This document shows, in pieces, positions 15,390-27,879 of a DNA stretch of 64,000 nucleotides. A model generated the notes under the pieces. It was not told where the DNA came from. It saw only the letters and a list, made by a program, of their open reading frames with translations, and ran no database searches. Made by a program: the position numbers and the translations under genes. The stretch's first letter is position 1, and each line of letters begins with the position of its first letter. Origin of the DNA: Eledone cirrhosa (Eukaryota); assembly GCA_964016885.1 (NCBI GenBank), contig OZ024741.1, positions 403,124,001-403,188,000 on the forward strand, in the 5' to 3' direction.

Positions 15390-16935
15390 TAATAATAATA
15401 ATGAAATAATTATTGTGTACAGTTCTCAGGTGCACTACAACTCATCAAATGTGCATGTATAGTACATAGAATAATATACAAATGTCAGGAAGTGAATAGT
15501 GTATGAGTCATGATATACATGTGTGTGTGTGTATAGAGGGGGGGGGGCGACATCAGGTATAGTGTTGGCGAATCTCAGGAAGCATGGAGGTTTTAAAGGA
15601 TGCAGTGTCTCGGCAGCTAATAACTGATGCAGGTAGTTTGTTCCATGGAGGTTTTAAAGGATGCAGTGTCTTGACAGCTAACAGATGATGCAGGTAGTTT
15701 GTTCCATGGAGGTTTTAAAGGATGCAGTGTCTCGACAGCTAACAGCTGATGCAGGTAGTTTGTTCCATGGAGGTTTTAAAGGATGCAGTGTCTCGACAGC
15801 TAATAACTGATGCAGGTAGTTTGTTCGATGGAGGTTTTAAAGGATGCAGTGTCTCGACAGCGAACAACTGATGCAGGTAGTTTGTTCCATGGAGGTTTTA
15901 AAGGATGCAGTGTCTCGACAGCTAATAACTGATGCAGGTAGTTTGTTCCATGGAGGTTTTAAAGGATGCAGTGTCTCAACAGCTAATAACTGATGCAGGT
16001 AGTTTGTTCCATGGAGGTTTTAAAGGATGTAGTGGCTTGACAACTATCAACTGATGCAGGTAGTTTGTTCCATGGAGGTTTTAAAGGATGCAGTGTCTCG
16101 ACAGCTAATAACTGATGCAGGTAGTTTGTTCCATGGAGGTTTTAAAGGATGCAGTGTCTCGACAGCTAATAACTGATGCAGGTAGTTTGTTCCATGGAGG
16201 TTTTAAAGGATGTAGTGGCTTGACAACTATCAACTGATGCAGGTAGTTCGTTCCATGGAGGTTTCAAAGGATGCAGTGTCTCGACAGCTAACAACTGATG
16301 CAGGTAATTTGTTCCATGGAGGTTTTAAAGGATGCAGTGTCTCGACAGCTAATAACTGATGCAGGTAGTTTGTTCCATGGAGGTTTTAAAGGATGCAGTG
16401 TCTCGACAGCTAACAACTGATGCATGTAGTTTGTTCCATGGAGGTTTTAAAGGATGCAGTGTCTCCAGCTAACAACTGATGCAGGTAGTTCGTTCCATGG
16501 AGGTTTTAAAGGATGCAGTGTCTCGACAGCTAACAACTGATGCAGGTAGTTTGTTCCATGGAGGTTTTAAAGGATGCAGTGTCTCGACAGCTAATAACTG
16601 ATGCAGGTAGTTTGTTCCATGGAGGTTTTAAAGGATGCAGTGTCTCGACAGCTAACAACTGATGCAGGTAGTTTGTTCCATGGAGGTTTTAAAGGATGCA
16701 GTGTCTCGACAGCTAACAACTGATGCAGGTAGTTTGTTCCATGCTTCAGCAACTCTGAGCATGAAAAAATGTTTCCGAAAGTCATGGGAGCTGTGCTGTT
16801 TTCTGACTTTGTTGGCATGCCCACGTGTGTTAGACACATGGAAATCAAAAAGGTACTCAGGGTTGTTGTTGGCAAGATGGTTAATAATTTTGTGGGTGTT
16901 TACCAAGTCAGTTGTCAGACGTTGGAGTTTCAATG
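15390..16935 (-). mobile_element. CR1/L2-group LINE 3' fragment with an internal tandem expansion
   Basis: The minus strand encodes ...DLVNTHKII...NTRGH..K...FRKHFF.LRV.EAWNKLP.SVV, typical of the CR1/L2 ORF2 C-terminus. It ends in an (att)n tail and is homologous to the copy at 41750-42840. Confidence 0.8.
15583..16743. repeat. 61-bp tandem repeat, about 19 copies, derived from the LINE 3' coding end
   Basis: Unit catggaggttttaaaggatgcagtgtctcgacagctaataactgatgcaggtagtttgttc. Confidence 0.95.
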
Positions 16936-17240
16936 GCTTATTGTAATTGTTTTTGTCAATTATGTTAGATGTGTTTCAGGCCTATTAGATCTCTTCAGTG
17001 AAGAATAAACTTCATGTATGTCAACACCAAACTATTTTTTTCATGTGGATGGCATCTGAGATTAATTAACCACAAACGAAGGATGCATAACTTGATGGTC
17101 ATTGGTTGTTGAGATGGACTTTGGCAGTTTTGACTCTTACCAACGGTACTGCTGGTTTACCCAGGGTCACAGTGTCTGACATAAGTCAGATGCTGTCTAG
17201 TGGTGTAAGAGAAGAGAGACAAAATATTAATGTATATACA

Positions 17241-17750
17241 TCTATATATATAAAGTTGTAGTTCCTGTCTGTTTGTTTGTTCACAAACTCCTCCTACGGT
17301 TTTGGAGATAGACCCCCATAACCATATATATTCTGAAACTACATTGCCCAGGGTACTTGGATAAGTATATTTTATTTTAATCAAAGGGTTCCCCAGGGGC
17401 ACAAACCCCTGTTGAAAACCCCCACTGAAAATGTTTTCCTTTCGATTTATATGAAATTTAAACCATAGGTAAATGACAAGATATGATGCCTATTCACAAA
17501 AGTTTTGAATTGATATTTTGAAAAAAATTATTTACAAGAAACAAAATAAGAATAAGATTTAATAATGTAATTTTGATTTGATATATTACAAAAAATAATG
17601 TTTTCCAATTTTTCATGCATTACATTTTACATTGAGTAATATTGAAAGGCAGAGTTTTTCTCCATAAATTATATCACTGATTTAAAATCCATCATCATTT
17701 TCTTACAAAAAAAGTATGTGAAACACAGCAAGGTACGGGTAATTTGGCTA

Positions 17751-17751
<1 letters not shown>
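17241..17751 (+). mobile_element. Non-autonomous Helitron-like element, copy 1
   Basis: 5' TC(TATATATATAAAG), 3' CTAG, inserted between A and T with no TSD; near-identical copy at 20022-20509. Confidence 0.75.
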
Positions 17752-17804
<53 letters not shown>

Positions 17805-17864
17805 AGTTATACACACACACACAGATTTAACTTGAAATTTATCAACAAATATATTCATACTTAC

Positions 17865-17953
17865 TTTAAAAATTCTGGGTCTCGTGATATTATATATTCA
17901 AACTCGACATACGATAGTTTTCCTTTGTGGTCAAAATCTCCCTCTTCTAACAC
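17865..17953 (-). CDS. CIB3: CIB2/3-like exon 6 (EF-hand 4, VLEEGDFDHKGKLSYVEFE...PEFL)
   Basis: ctcctgtgtag|GTGTTA...TTAAA|gtaagt; 89 nt. Confidence 0.92.
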
Positions 17954-18399
17954 CTACACAGGAGAAAATACCTTTAATAACATAAATCTTCACTTATTTT
18001 TCTATGTTAGATAAAATAAAGTACCAGTCATGTGCTGGGATTGATTTAATCAACTTTGATCTTCCTCGACCCCAGATTTGCCTGAATTGTGGCTAAATTA
18101 GAAATTGATATTAGTTTTAGTTTTCTGTGCTCAGAGTTCAAATCCTGCCAAAGACAACTTTGTCTTTCACTCTTTTGGGGGGAATCAATAAAATGAAATA
18201 ACAGCCCCAGGGGCAGCAGATTGGGGAAATTGGGAGAATACCAAAGAAAATGTTTTGCAGTATTTGTTTTAGTTTATTGTGTTCTGAGTTCAAACCCCAG
18301 ATCACTTGTGAGGTAAACATAATTCAATTTTATACCATCACTTGACCATTGGGTGCTTTCAACTTAAACCAATCTGGTGCAAGGATTCAGGTCAACTCT

Positions 18400-18920
18400 C
18401 CTGTTTGAGGGTACCTTAATCCTTCTCACCCACCTGCCAGAGTTGCCATGGAAAGTATCATGAGCTTCACCCTTCCCTTATCCCCTCCATCTCTCCCACC
18501 AGTCTGAGAAACCATGGAACATATCATGGGCTCTACCCTACACTTAACACTTCCCTCCGACCAGTCTCAGAGGTCATGGAAAATGTCATGGCCACCACCC
18601 TACCCTTAATACCCTCCTCTTACCCATCTGTCTGTGAAGCTATGGAAAGTGTCATGGGCCCCACTCTTCTCTTAACCCCCTTCCTCCCTTCGCCCAGTCT
18701 GAGAGGCTATGGAATATATCATTGACACAACCCTTTCCTTAGCCCTTCCCTCCCTATGACCCACCTAATAGACCATGGAAATTGTCATGGGCCCAAACCA
18801 TTCCCTTAACACCTTCCTCTCCCCCACCAGCCCAAGAGACCATGGAAAGTATCATGGCCCCCACTTTTCTCTTAATCCTTCCCTCTCTCCAACCCTTCTG
18901 AATATATCATGGGCCCAAAC
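18400..18920. repeat. Degenerate ~63-bp tandem repeat (ccatggaaagtatcatgggcc...cccttaac...)
   Basis: The ccatggaa...catggg motif recurs about 8 times at ~63-bp spacing. Confidence 0.75.
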
Positions 18921-18993
18921 CTGCTTTGATTAAACACTCAAACGAAGAAAAGGAATAAAATGTTAGTAAAAGAATCAAAGTGAGTTATGATAA

Positions 18994-19313
18994 ACCCTTT
19001 TAATGCCAGCTCCCTTGAAACAGCCCCTGCTTCTAAGATACAAAGCTGCCTAATTTAAAGTGTTTATATTTATCCTAAAATGAAAGGGTTAAAGTGTTCA
19101 TATTTATCCTAAAATGAAAGGGTTAAAGTGTTTATATTTTTCTAAAAACCTCCAAGCATCATTTCTATGTAAGAACCTTTGTCAAGCAATGTACCAAACA
19201 CCAGATAATGAGTTAGTTATATTATGAAATTTTGCCAAATTTGTTTATTATTTTCAAAATTATTTCAAGATTTTAGGCAAGTTATTTCATTAGAAATATG
19301 GTAACAAAAGGGT
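18994..19313. mobile_element. Possible piggyBac-type MITE
   Basis: taaa-cccttttaatgcc ... ggtaacaaaaggg-ttaa imperfect TIRs with TTAA-like flanks. Confidence 0.4.
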
Positions 19314-19348
19314 TAAAATACTCTTTGATCATTAAACAATTGTCTTAC

Positions 19349-19455
19349 TTTATTTACAATAATTTCTCTTTCTCTCTCTGTTAATTCCTTTTGCGTTAAA
19401 CATTCCAGTGTTTTGTCTAAATCTGTTTTACCAAGAGAGTTATCATTGTCAAAAT
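19349..19455 (-). CDS. CIB3: CIB2/3-like exon 5 (EF-hand 3, DFDNDNSLGKTD...IVNK)
   Basis: ttttcatttcag|ATTTTGAC...AATAAA|gtaaga; 107 nt. Confidence 0.92.
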
Positions 19456-19597
19456 CTGAAATGAAAATATTTTCAAATGACTAAAAGATACAAACACACA
19501 GACACACACACTGACAGACAGACACACATACACACACACTTACAGACAGACACACATACACACACATGTATATAAATGTGTGCCTTCCAATGCAAAT

Positions 19598-21665
19598 CAT
19601 CATCATCATCATTTTACATCCGCTTTTCCCTGCTTGCAAGGATGGGACGGGAACTGATTCTGGCTTGATTTCTGCAGCTGGATGCCCTTCCTAACACCAA
19701 CCTCATTTACAGTGAGTGCTGGGTGCTTTTTTGCCATGGCACCTCCACGACCACTTTGCAGTGGAATGATAGGGACCCCAGTCCCTATCATCTCATTTCT
19801 ACAGCTGAGTAAACTGGAGCAATGTGAAATAAAGTGTCTTGCTCAAGGAAACAACACATCACCTGGTCTGAGATAATAATAGTCAGTCAATATAAGTAGT
19901 AATTAAGAAGAGCAGGTAAAGTATCTCTAGAGACAGGTACTTCTCTCCACTTTTTCCATCTTCAGGGCTACTTCATTTAATTTTCTCAACTATTACCTAT
20001 AAAGTTTGATTATTATATATATCTATATATATAAAGTTGTATTCCTGTCTGTCTGTTTGTTCACAAACTCCTCCTATGGTTTTGGAGATAGACCCCCATA
20101 ACCATATATATTCTGAAACTACATTGCCCAGGGTACTTGGATAAGTATATTTTATTTTAATCAAAGGGTTCCCCGGGGGCACAAACCCCCGCTGAAAATG
20201 TTTTTCCTTTGATTTATATGAAATTAAACCATAGGTAAATGACAAGATATGATGCCTATTCACAAAAGTTTTGAATTGATATTTAAAAAAAAAATTATTT
20301 ACAAGAAACAAAATAAGATTTAATAATGTAATTTTGATTTGATATATTACAAAAAATAATGTTTTCCAATTTTTCATGCATTACATTTTACATTGAGTAA
20401 TATTGAAATGCAGAGTTTTTCTCCATAAATTATTTCACTGATTTAAAATCAATAATTTTCTTACAAAAATAATGTGTGAAACGCAACAAGGTGCGGGTAT
20501 TTTGGCTAGTACATATATATATATAAGAATAACATTAAGAAAGATGCTGATCGATTTATGTAACAACAGAATCTTTCTTAATGTTATTTTTATACTAAAT
20601 CTCCATCGTAACTACAAACTACGAACGTAGAGAGCTTTCTCCTGCTTGCTCCTGTTTTAACCAAAACAATCTCTACTGAACACATACACACACATATATA
20701 TATATATCATCATCATCATCATCATTTAACGTCTATCTTCCATGCTAGCATGGGTTAGGCGGGAATTGTCCCACTTAAGGCAAGATTGATCGGGTGACTG
20801 TGTATCATCATGATCATCATCATCATCATCATCGTTTAACGTCCCTGCTCCACGCTTGCATGGGTTTGGACAGGGGTTTTCCCACTTTAGGCAAGAGTGG
20901 TTGTCTTGCTCGCATAGGACTGTCTGGCGGGTTTTCTACAGCTGGATGCCCTTCCTAACACCAACCACATTTACAGTGTGGGGCTGGGAGGTTTTTACCG
21001 TGTTGCCTACACGGCCACATTACAGCATGGACTGTCTGGCGTGTTTTCTACAGCTGGATGCCCTTCCTAACACCAACCACATTTACAGTGTGGGACTGGG
21101 AGGTTTTTACCGTGTTGCCTACATGGTCACATTACAGCGTGGACTGTGTTTTTTTTTGTCGTGACACCTACACGATCTCGTTTGTTTCGGCCTGGATGTT
21201 GTGGCACCAACATAACTTTGCATTGAAGGGGGCGGTGTGGATGGGGTGGGACGGGGGTATACTTTGTTAGAGATGCCTACTGACTAGTAGGTTTTACTTT
21301 GTATTTAGGTAAGGCGGGTCTTCTCTGTTACTGAGTACCGCCAAAGGTCTCGGTCCAGTGACATTGTCTTGGAGAGGTGTAAGTGTGTGAGGTCGGAATT
21401 TATCAGCTCGTTCCAGGTTTTCCTGGGTCTGCCTACTCCGTGGCTACCATCTATCTTTATTGCCCTGCACTTTGTTATACAGCTGTCGTCTTTCATGCGC
21501 ATCACGTGACCATACCAACGTAGCCTTCTCTCGAGTAAACAACATCTGATCCCCCTTATTTCTGTGTATATATATATATTTATATATATATATGTATATT
21601 TATCCATCTAACCCATGCTAGCGTGGAAGATGGACATTAAACGATGATGATGATGATGATGATAA
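19598..21665. mobile_element. Cluster of RTE-related short elements and 3' fragments with (cat/atg)n tails, plus SINE pieces
   Basis: Shares ttaggaagggcatcc and cttgcaagcaggg-like motifs with the ends of the RTE at 47767-51055. 21305-21560 (-) encodes [12 protein letters not shown]...GRPRKTW. Confidence 0.65.
20022..20509 (+). mobile_element. Non-autonomous Helitron-like element, copy 2
   Basis: Same A|TC...CTAG|T termini and internal sequence as 17241-17751. Confidence 0.75.
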
Positions 21666-21814
21666 ACTTAGGAAAATCATCAAAGATAGGACAACAAATA
21701 AAAACAAGACAAAACAATAAACAATTTTTTAACGAGAAATATTAAAAAATAATTTTTCGAAAATAAAAATACAAACAAATTTGTATTTTTATTTTCAAAA
21801 AATGTTTAAATATT

Positions 21815-22265
21815 TTGTTTAGCAAGATTCTTTATCTGAAAACGTGTGTTGAAAGCGATATTGTTATACTTTGGGAGGGTCATGTTGCCAATAAGAAACA
21901 CACGCACCAGTTGCATTCACTCCAATTTATTATAAATTAAATTTATAAATTTACGGTTGGTTGGTTGGTTCCACAACCGGACGGTTGTTCATATATTGTC
22001 AAAGTTCTTTTGTCACACATTCTGTGACCTCTTCAGTGACTGGGGATTCTTCTCTTTGTTTTGTGCCTCCCCTTTGTTCTGTCCTATGCCATCTTGTTTT
22101 AAAAGATGGCATAGGACAGATCAAAGGAGAGGCACAGAATGTGTGACAAAACAACTTTGACAATATATGAACAACCGTCTAGTTATGGAACCAACTTGGA
22201 GTGAAAGCAACTGGTGCGTGTGTTTCTTATTGGCAACATGACCCTCCCTAACTATATAACAATAT
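21815..22265. mobile_element. Short inverted PLE 3'-end remnant (same family as 56385-58810)
   Basis: Matches 56395-56700. A partial inverted copy lies at about 22100-22265. The HHR core is degenerate (GAAA to AAAA). Confidence 0.75.
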
Positions 22266-22384
22266 TTTTTAATATTTCTCCTTAAAAAATTGTTTATTGT
22301 TTTGTTGTGAAAGACACAGAACTCCAAGGTTATCAGCTGTCGTGATATTGTTATTGATGTTGATGTTGTCGTGGTAATACTGAT

Positions 22385-23370
22385 TGGTGGTGATGATGAT
22401 GGTGGTGGTGGTGATGGTGATGGTGGTGGTGGTGATGGTGGTGGTGGTGATGATGATGGTGGTGGTGGTGATGTTAGTGATGGTGATGAGGATGATGGTG
22501 GTGGTGGTGATGATGATGGTGGTGGTGATGTTGGTGATGGTGGTGGTGATGATGATGGTGGTGGTGGTGATGGTGGTGGTGATGATGATGGTGGTGATGA
22601 TGATGGTGGTGGTGGTGATGGTGGTGGTGATGATGATGGTGGTGGTGGTGATGATGGTGGTGGTGGTGGTGATGGTGGTGGTGATGATGGTGGTGGTGGT
22701 GATGATGGTGGTGGTGGTGGTGGTGATGGTGGTGTTGATGATGGTGGTGGTGGGGATGGTGGTGGTGGTGGTGGTGGTGGTGGTGGTGGTTGTGGTGATG
22801 ATGGTGATGGTGGTGATGATGGTGATGGTGGTGGTGATGATGATGGTGGTGGTCGTGATGATGGTGATGGTGGTTGTGGTGATGATGGTGATGGTGGTTG
22901 TGGTGATGATGGTGATGGTGGTGGTGGTGATGATGGTGGTGGTGGTGATGTTGGTGATGGTGGTGAGGATGGTGGTGGTGGTGGTGGTGATGATGATGGT
23001 GGTGGTGATGTTGGTGATGGTGGTGGTGATGATGATGGTGGTGATGGTGGTGGTGAGGATGATGGTGGTGATGATGATGGTGGTGGTGGTGATGGTGGTG
23101 GTGGTGGTGGTGGTGATGATGGTGATGGTGGTGGTTGTGGTGATGATGGGGATGGTGTTTGTGGTGATGATGGTGATGGTGGTGGTGGTGGTGGTGATGG
23201 TGGTGATGGTGGTGATGATGGTGATGGTGGTGGTGGGGATGATGGTGATGGTAGTGGTGGTGGTGGTGGTGGTGGTGATGATGGTGATGGTGGTGATGAT
23301 GGTGATGGTGCTGGTGATGATGATGGTGGTGGTGGTGGTGGTGATGTTGGTGGTGGTGATGATGATTTTG
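22385..23370. repeat. (GGT/GAT)n trinucleotide tract
   Basis: Directly visible; intronic. Confidence 0.97.
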
Positions 23371-23528
23371 AAGCTGACGATGATGATAATATTGACAATG
23401 ATCTAACAAAAACAGAAAAATAACAACCCCTCCCCTGCCAAAAGCCATCTCCCTTCTCCCCACCCCACAAAACCCCTCCAAACCCCTACCCCGACCCCTC
23501 CAACTGCCACAATTATCTGTTAATATAC

Positions 23529-23676
23529 CATATATCTTAAAAGCATAGGAAGCCTTCAGTTCTCTCGGTGCCGAGTCTGAGAATATTGAAAACATGTCGA
23601 GGAATTCATCAAATGTTAAATTTCCTGAATTGTCTTCGGAGAACACTTGGAAGATTCTTTGTCGGAAGGGATTCTC
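23529..23676 (-). CDS. CIB3: CIB2/3-like exon 4 (ENPFRQRI...YAFKIY)
   Basis: tatcag|GAGAAT...TATG|gtatat; 148 nt; strongly conserved CIB sequence. Confidence 0.95.
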
Positions 23677-23702
23677 CTGATAATAGAGAGAAAGGTTATA
23701 TT

Positions 23703-25055
23703 AGTGATGGTGGTGATGGTGGTGGTGGTGGTGGTGGTGGTGGTGGTGTTGGTGGTGGTGGTGGTGGTGGTGATGGTGATGGTGGTGGTGGTGGTGGTGG
23801 TGATGGTGGTGGTGGTGGTGGTGATGGTGGTGGTGGTGGTGGTGGTGGTGGTGGTGGTGTTGGTGGTGATGGTGATGGTGGTGATGGTGGTGGTGGTGGT
23901 GGTGGTGATGGTGGTGGTGGTGGTGGTGGTGGTGGTGGTGTTGGTGGTGGTGGTGGTGGTGGTGATGGTGATGGTGGTGGTGGTGGTGGTGGTGATGGTG
24001 GTGGTGGTGGTGGTGATGGTGGTGGTGGTGGTGGTGGTGGTGGTGGTGTTGGTGGTGATGGTGATGGTGGTGATGGTGGTGGTGGTGGTGGTGGTGGTGG
24101 TGGTGGTGGTGGTGTTGGTGGTGGTGGTGGTGGTGGTGGTGATGGTGGTGGTGGTGGTGGTGATGGTGGTGGTGGTGGTGGTGGTGTTGGTGATGGTGGT
24201 GGTGGTGATGTTGGTGGTGGTTATGGTGGTGATGGTGATGGTGGTGGTGATGGTGGTGGTGATGGTGGTGGTGGTGGTGATGTTGGTGGTGATGGTGGTG
24301 GTGGTGGTTATGGTGGTGGTGGTGATGGTGGTGGTGATGGTGGTGGTGATGGCGGTTGTGGTGGTGATGGTGGTGGTGGTGATGGTGGTGGTGATGGTGG
24401 TGATGGTGGTGGTGGTGGTGTTGGTGGTGGTGGTGGTGATGGTGGTGGTGATGGTGGTGATGATGGTGGTGTTGGTGGTGATGGTGGTGGTGATGGTGGT
24501 GATGGTGGTGGTGGTGGTGATGGTGGTGGTGGTGATGGTGGTGGTGGTGGTGGTGGTCGTGGTGGCGGTGATGGTGGTGGTGGTGGTGATGGTGGTGGTG
24601 ATGGTGGTGGTGGTGATGGTGGTGGTGGTGGTGGTGGTCGTGGTGGTGGTGATGGTGATGGTGGTGGTGATGGTGGTGGTGATGGTGGTGTTGATGGAGG
24701 TGGTGGTGGTGGTGGTGGTGATGGTGGTGGTGGTGATGGTGGTGATGGTGGTGGTGGTGGTGGTGGTGGTGATGGTGGTGGTGGTGATGGTGGTGGTGGT
24801 GGTGGTGGTGATGGTGGTGATGGTGGTGATGATGGTGGTGGTGGTGATGGTGGTGGTGGTGGTGGTGGTGGTGGTGATGGTGGTGGTGGTGGTGGTGATG
24901 GTGGTGATGGTGGTGATGATGGTGATGGTGGTGATGGTGGTGGTGGTGGTGGTGGTGGTGGTGGTGAAGGTGGTGATGGTGGTGATGGTGGTGATGGTGG
25001 TGATGGTGGTGGTGGTGATGGTGGTGGTGGTGGTGATGGTGGTGGTGGTGATGAC
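23703..25055. repeat. (GGT/GAT)n trinucleotide tract
   Basis: Directly visible; intronic. Confidence 0.97.
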
Positions 25056-25322
25056 AATGTTGATGATGATGTTGTTTATAATGACAGTAATAATAAGATC
25101 ATTATTGACTCCAATAACTTCACATTTTATGAGATTATATAATCTTAGCTATAATCACATATTGCTTAATTGTAATAAATAAAATATGTACACGCACATA
25201 TATATATGTATATGTATTTCTCTCTCACTATATATATATCTGCATGTATGTGTTTGTGTATACAACTTATGCCAGAGGTAAAGCAGATGTTAAATAATGT
25301 TAAATAATGATGATAATAATGA

Positions 25323-25394
<72 letters not shown>

Positions 25395-25619
25395 AAAAGA
25401 TACATATATACACACACACACACACATATATACACACACAATCACTTAATGTCCATATATGTATATGAAAGACAGAAAATAATAGTGAGATAATCCAGTT
25501 TTAGAATTAAAATACCATCAAATATGTCAGCAATAATAAAAATATCATTTGTTAACATTTTTTAGGACATGAAATATTTCTGATATGAAATGTTTGTAAA
25601 AAAATACCAAAATACAAAC

Positions 25620-25737
25620 TTTGAACTCTGGCATGTTTTCCAGTAAATGAAGAGAAACTTTTAGCTTGGCGGCATCTGTAGTGGCCATTTTCATAGGAAT
25701 GGTATCTGGAGAAAGTTCTTTAAAACGTCCAAATACC
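25620..25737 (-). CDS. CIB3: CIB2/3-like exon 3 (VFGRFKELSP...MPEFK)
   Basis: attttag|GGTATTT...TTCAAA|gtttgt; 118 nt; in phase with exons 2 and 4. Confidence 0.9.
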
Positions 25738-27108
25738 CTAAAATATGAAGAGGAAATTGGGTTGTAAATATATAGACATAAGCATACATACATGTGTGTT
25801 TGTACATACATACATGAATACATACATATATACATACATACAGATAGGCATACATACATATATGGTGGCTGCCAACTTGTTTTCGAGAACGGCCACTACT
25901 TTATATCCATGTAGGAGAACCCTACTGATGCGCTGAACGAGTGTGACTTTTTAGTCCAGCCAGCGACTTGAAAACTCTGATACAAACACTACACTTGTGA
26001 CAATTATTGACACATAGTGCTGAGCCCATGATACCATGTGATGACAAGTGCAGAGAGATCTCCAGATATAAAGCAATGCCTGTGCCGTGAAGCTTTTATA
26101 GTGAGTAAAGGCACTGCACAAAGCCAGTCCCACTCTCTTAACCAAGATGATATTTACCAAAAAGAAGAACAAGTCAACATCATTGGATACCATCAGGGTT
26201 GCAGGTGTTATATCAGAGTTTTCCTTCTCCTAGAATTCTGCCTTGACAAAGGCTAAGGGGTCATCTCTCCCGGTGATTTTGGATGGCCATTGACTCTTAA
26301 GAGCTCCTTTGCCCTTTGACAGGTTTTGTTTTTAGTCCTGCAGGATGTCCAAAGTCACCCTCCTCACCAAGAAACCTTGGTGGGGTTGCCAGTTTAGTCT
26401 CCAACAACCCGACCATGAGACAGGTTGTACTGGGATACATGTTACATACATATATACATACATACATAGAACAAATTCTGCATCTAATAACTGCATATAC
26501 GCATGTACAGATACAAAGCATATGCACATGCACACATATGACTCAAAACATCCACATCCACACATACAATAACATCCATACCTGCACACATAGTTGATGT
26601 GTAAAGAGTTTTGTGTCTATGTTAGAAACCAACTCTCTATTGGCAAAAATTTGTGAAGTTATAAAATCAGAAGAACATACATACATTCATACCTATATAC
26701 ATACATATACACGTACATATATACGTACATATATATCTACATACATACAAGCATGTTTGTATGTATACATACTAGCATTTACACATACATAAATACAAGC
26801 ATTTATGTATATAAGAACACAACATGGCATAAATTCAGTTCCCATTTGTCAAATGTGTTTTTATACATTTAATACTGAGGGCAGTAAAAAGTTAATTTGA
26901 AATATTTATCCCAAACATAAAAGACTATGTTAGTGAAGGATATATGACTTTAAATCTTGCATCAACTACAGTAAACAACTTCAGTAACGTTTCTATCTTA
27001 TGTGACCTCCTCAGCAATGTATAGACTTTACTATACTAAATGAAGTGTATATGTGTTTATATTTGCTGCTATATTGTAATAATATTTTAACTTAGTCATG
27101 GTACTTAC

Positions 27109-27143
27109 CTTAGAATATCTTTTCTGTTAAAAAATGTACAATC
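27109..27143 (-). CDS. CIB3: CIB2/3-like exon 2 (DCTFFNRKDILR)
   Basis: ttttctctcag|GATTGT...CTAAG|gtaagt; 35 nt. Confidence 0.93.
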
Positions 27144-27257
27144 CTGAGAGAAAAAGTATAAAAAAGAAAGAAATGTGTAAATAATGTATTTTATGATAAT
27201 TAGAAACAAGGTAAATATTTGTTGAGTGAGAGATACAGGTGATAATATTAGCTATGG

Positions 27258-27440
27258 TATACGAGGGTGGACTGAAAGGTTCATAGGTTGACTATGAAGG
27301 AGTGATGCTAGAGCTGTGAAATCTTGCATGTATTAATTTCAACTCTTATTAATAGCTGCGTTGTTTCTTTCCAGGGACTATGTTGAAAAATAAACCTCAT
27401 TTGGTCATTCCCTGAGAGTATCTTGGTCAGCTTATGAAGA
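27258..27440. mobile_element. Tc1/mariner-derived MITE remnant
   Basis: Starts TA-CGAGGG (mariner-like terminus); ttcataggttgac / gtcagcttatgaa inverted repeat. Confidence 0.45.
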
Positions 27441-27587
27441 GGTGATGTTAGAGCTGTGAAATCTTGCATGCATTAATTTTTATTTTATATAACAAGCTGA
27501 ATGAGTTGGGGTGTATAACCCAATGAAACTTAAGTATCTGCATATGTCACTGTTGTAACTAATTATAAATATAAATGTAAATGTATT

Positions 27588-27618
<31 letters not shown>

Positions 27619-27834
27619 GTTAAAGATGTACATCCATATATGTATACTGAAATACTAGTATGTATATGAATACACACACGTATACATATGTAGGTGTACC
27701 AAGTTTTTTCACTGGTCACTTTACTGTGAGTGGCCAGCTATTCTGTATGTAAACACACAGACAAACCGGTTTTTAGAGTCATACTGGTTTTTGAGGAAAC
27801 ACCTCTCCTCTATTCTCCAGAAAGCCAGACAAGG

Positions 27835-27879
27835 AATATTGAACTAGTTTCGTTGTTGTTACAACTCATCAGCAATATT
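27835..27879 (-). ncRNA. Same hammerhead on the minus strand (also 28302-28346 and 28769-28813; truncated copy 29236-29268)
   Basis: Exact reverse complement of the 29680-29724 motif. Confidence 0.88.

Noticed and set aside
21998-22040. Hammerhead in the short PLE relic
   Set aside because: The core GAAA is mutated to AAAA (catalytic G12 lost), so it is not called as functional.
22121-25182. Long Pro-, Gly-, His- or Val-rich ORFs
   Set aside because: Translations of (GGT/GAT)n; only 23529-23676 is a real exon.
26985-27014. Hammerhead-like CTGAGGA...GAAACGTT on the minus strand
   Set aside because: Stem II is imperfect and there is no convincing stem I; at most a decayed PLE relic.
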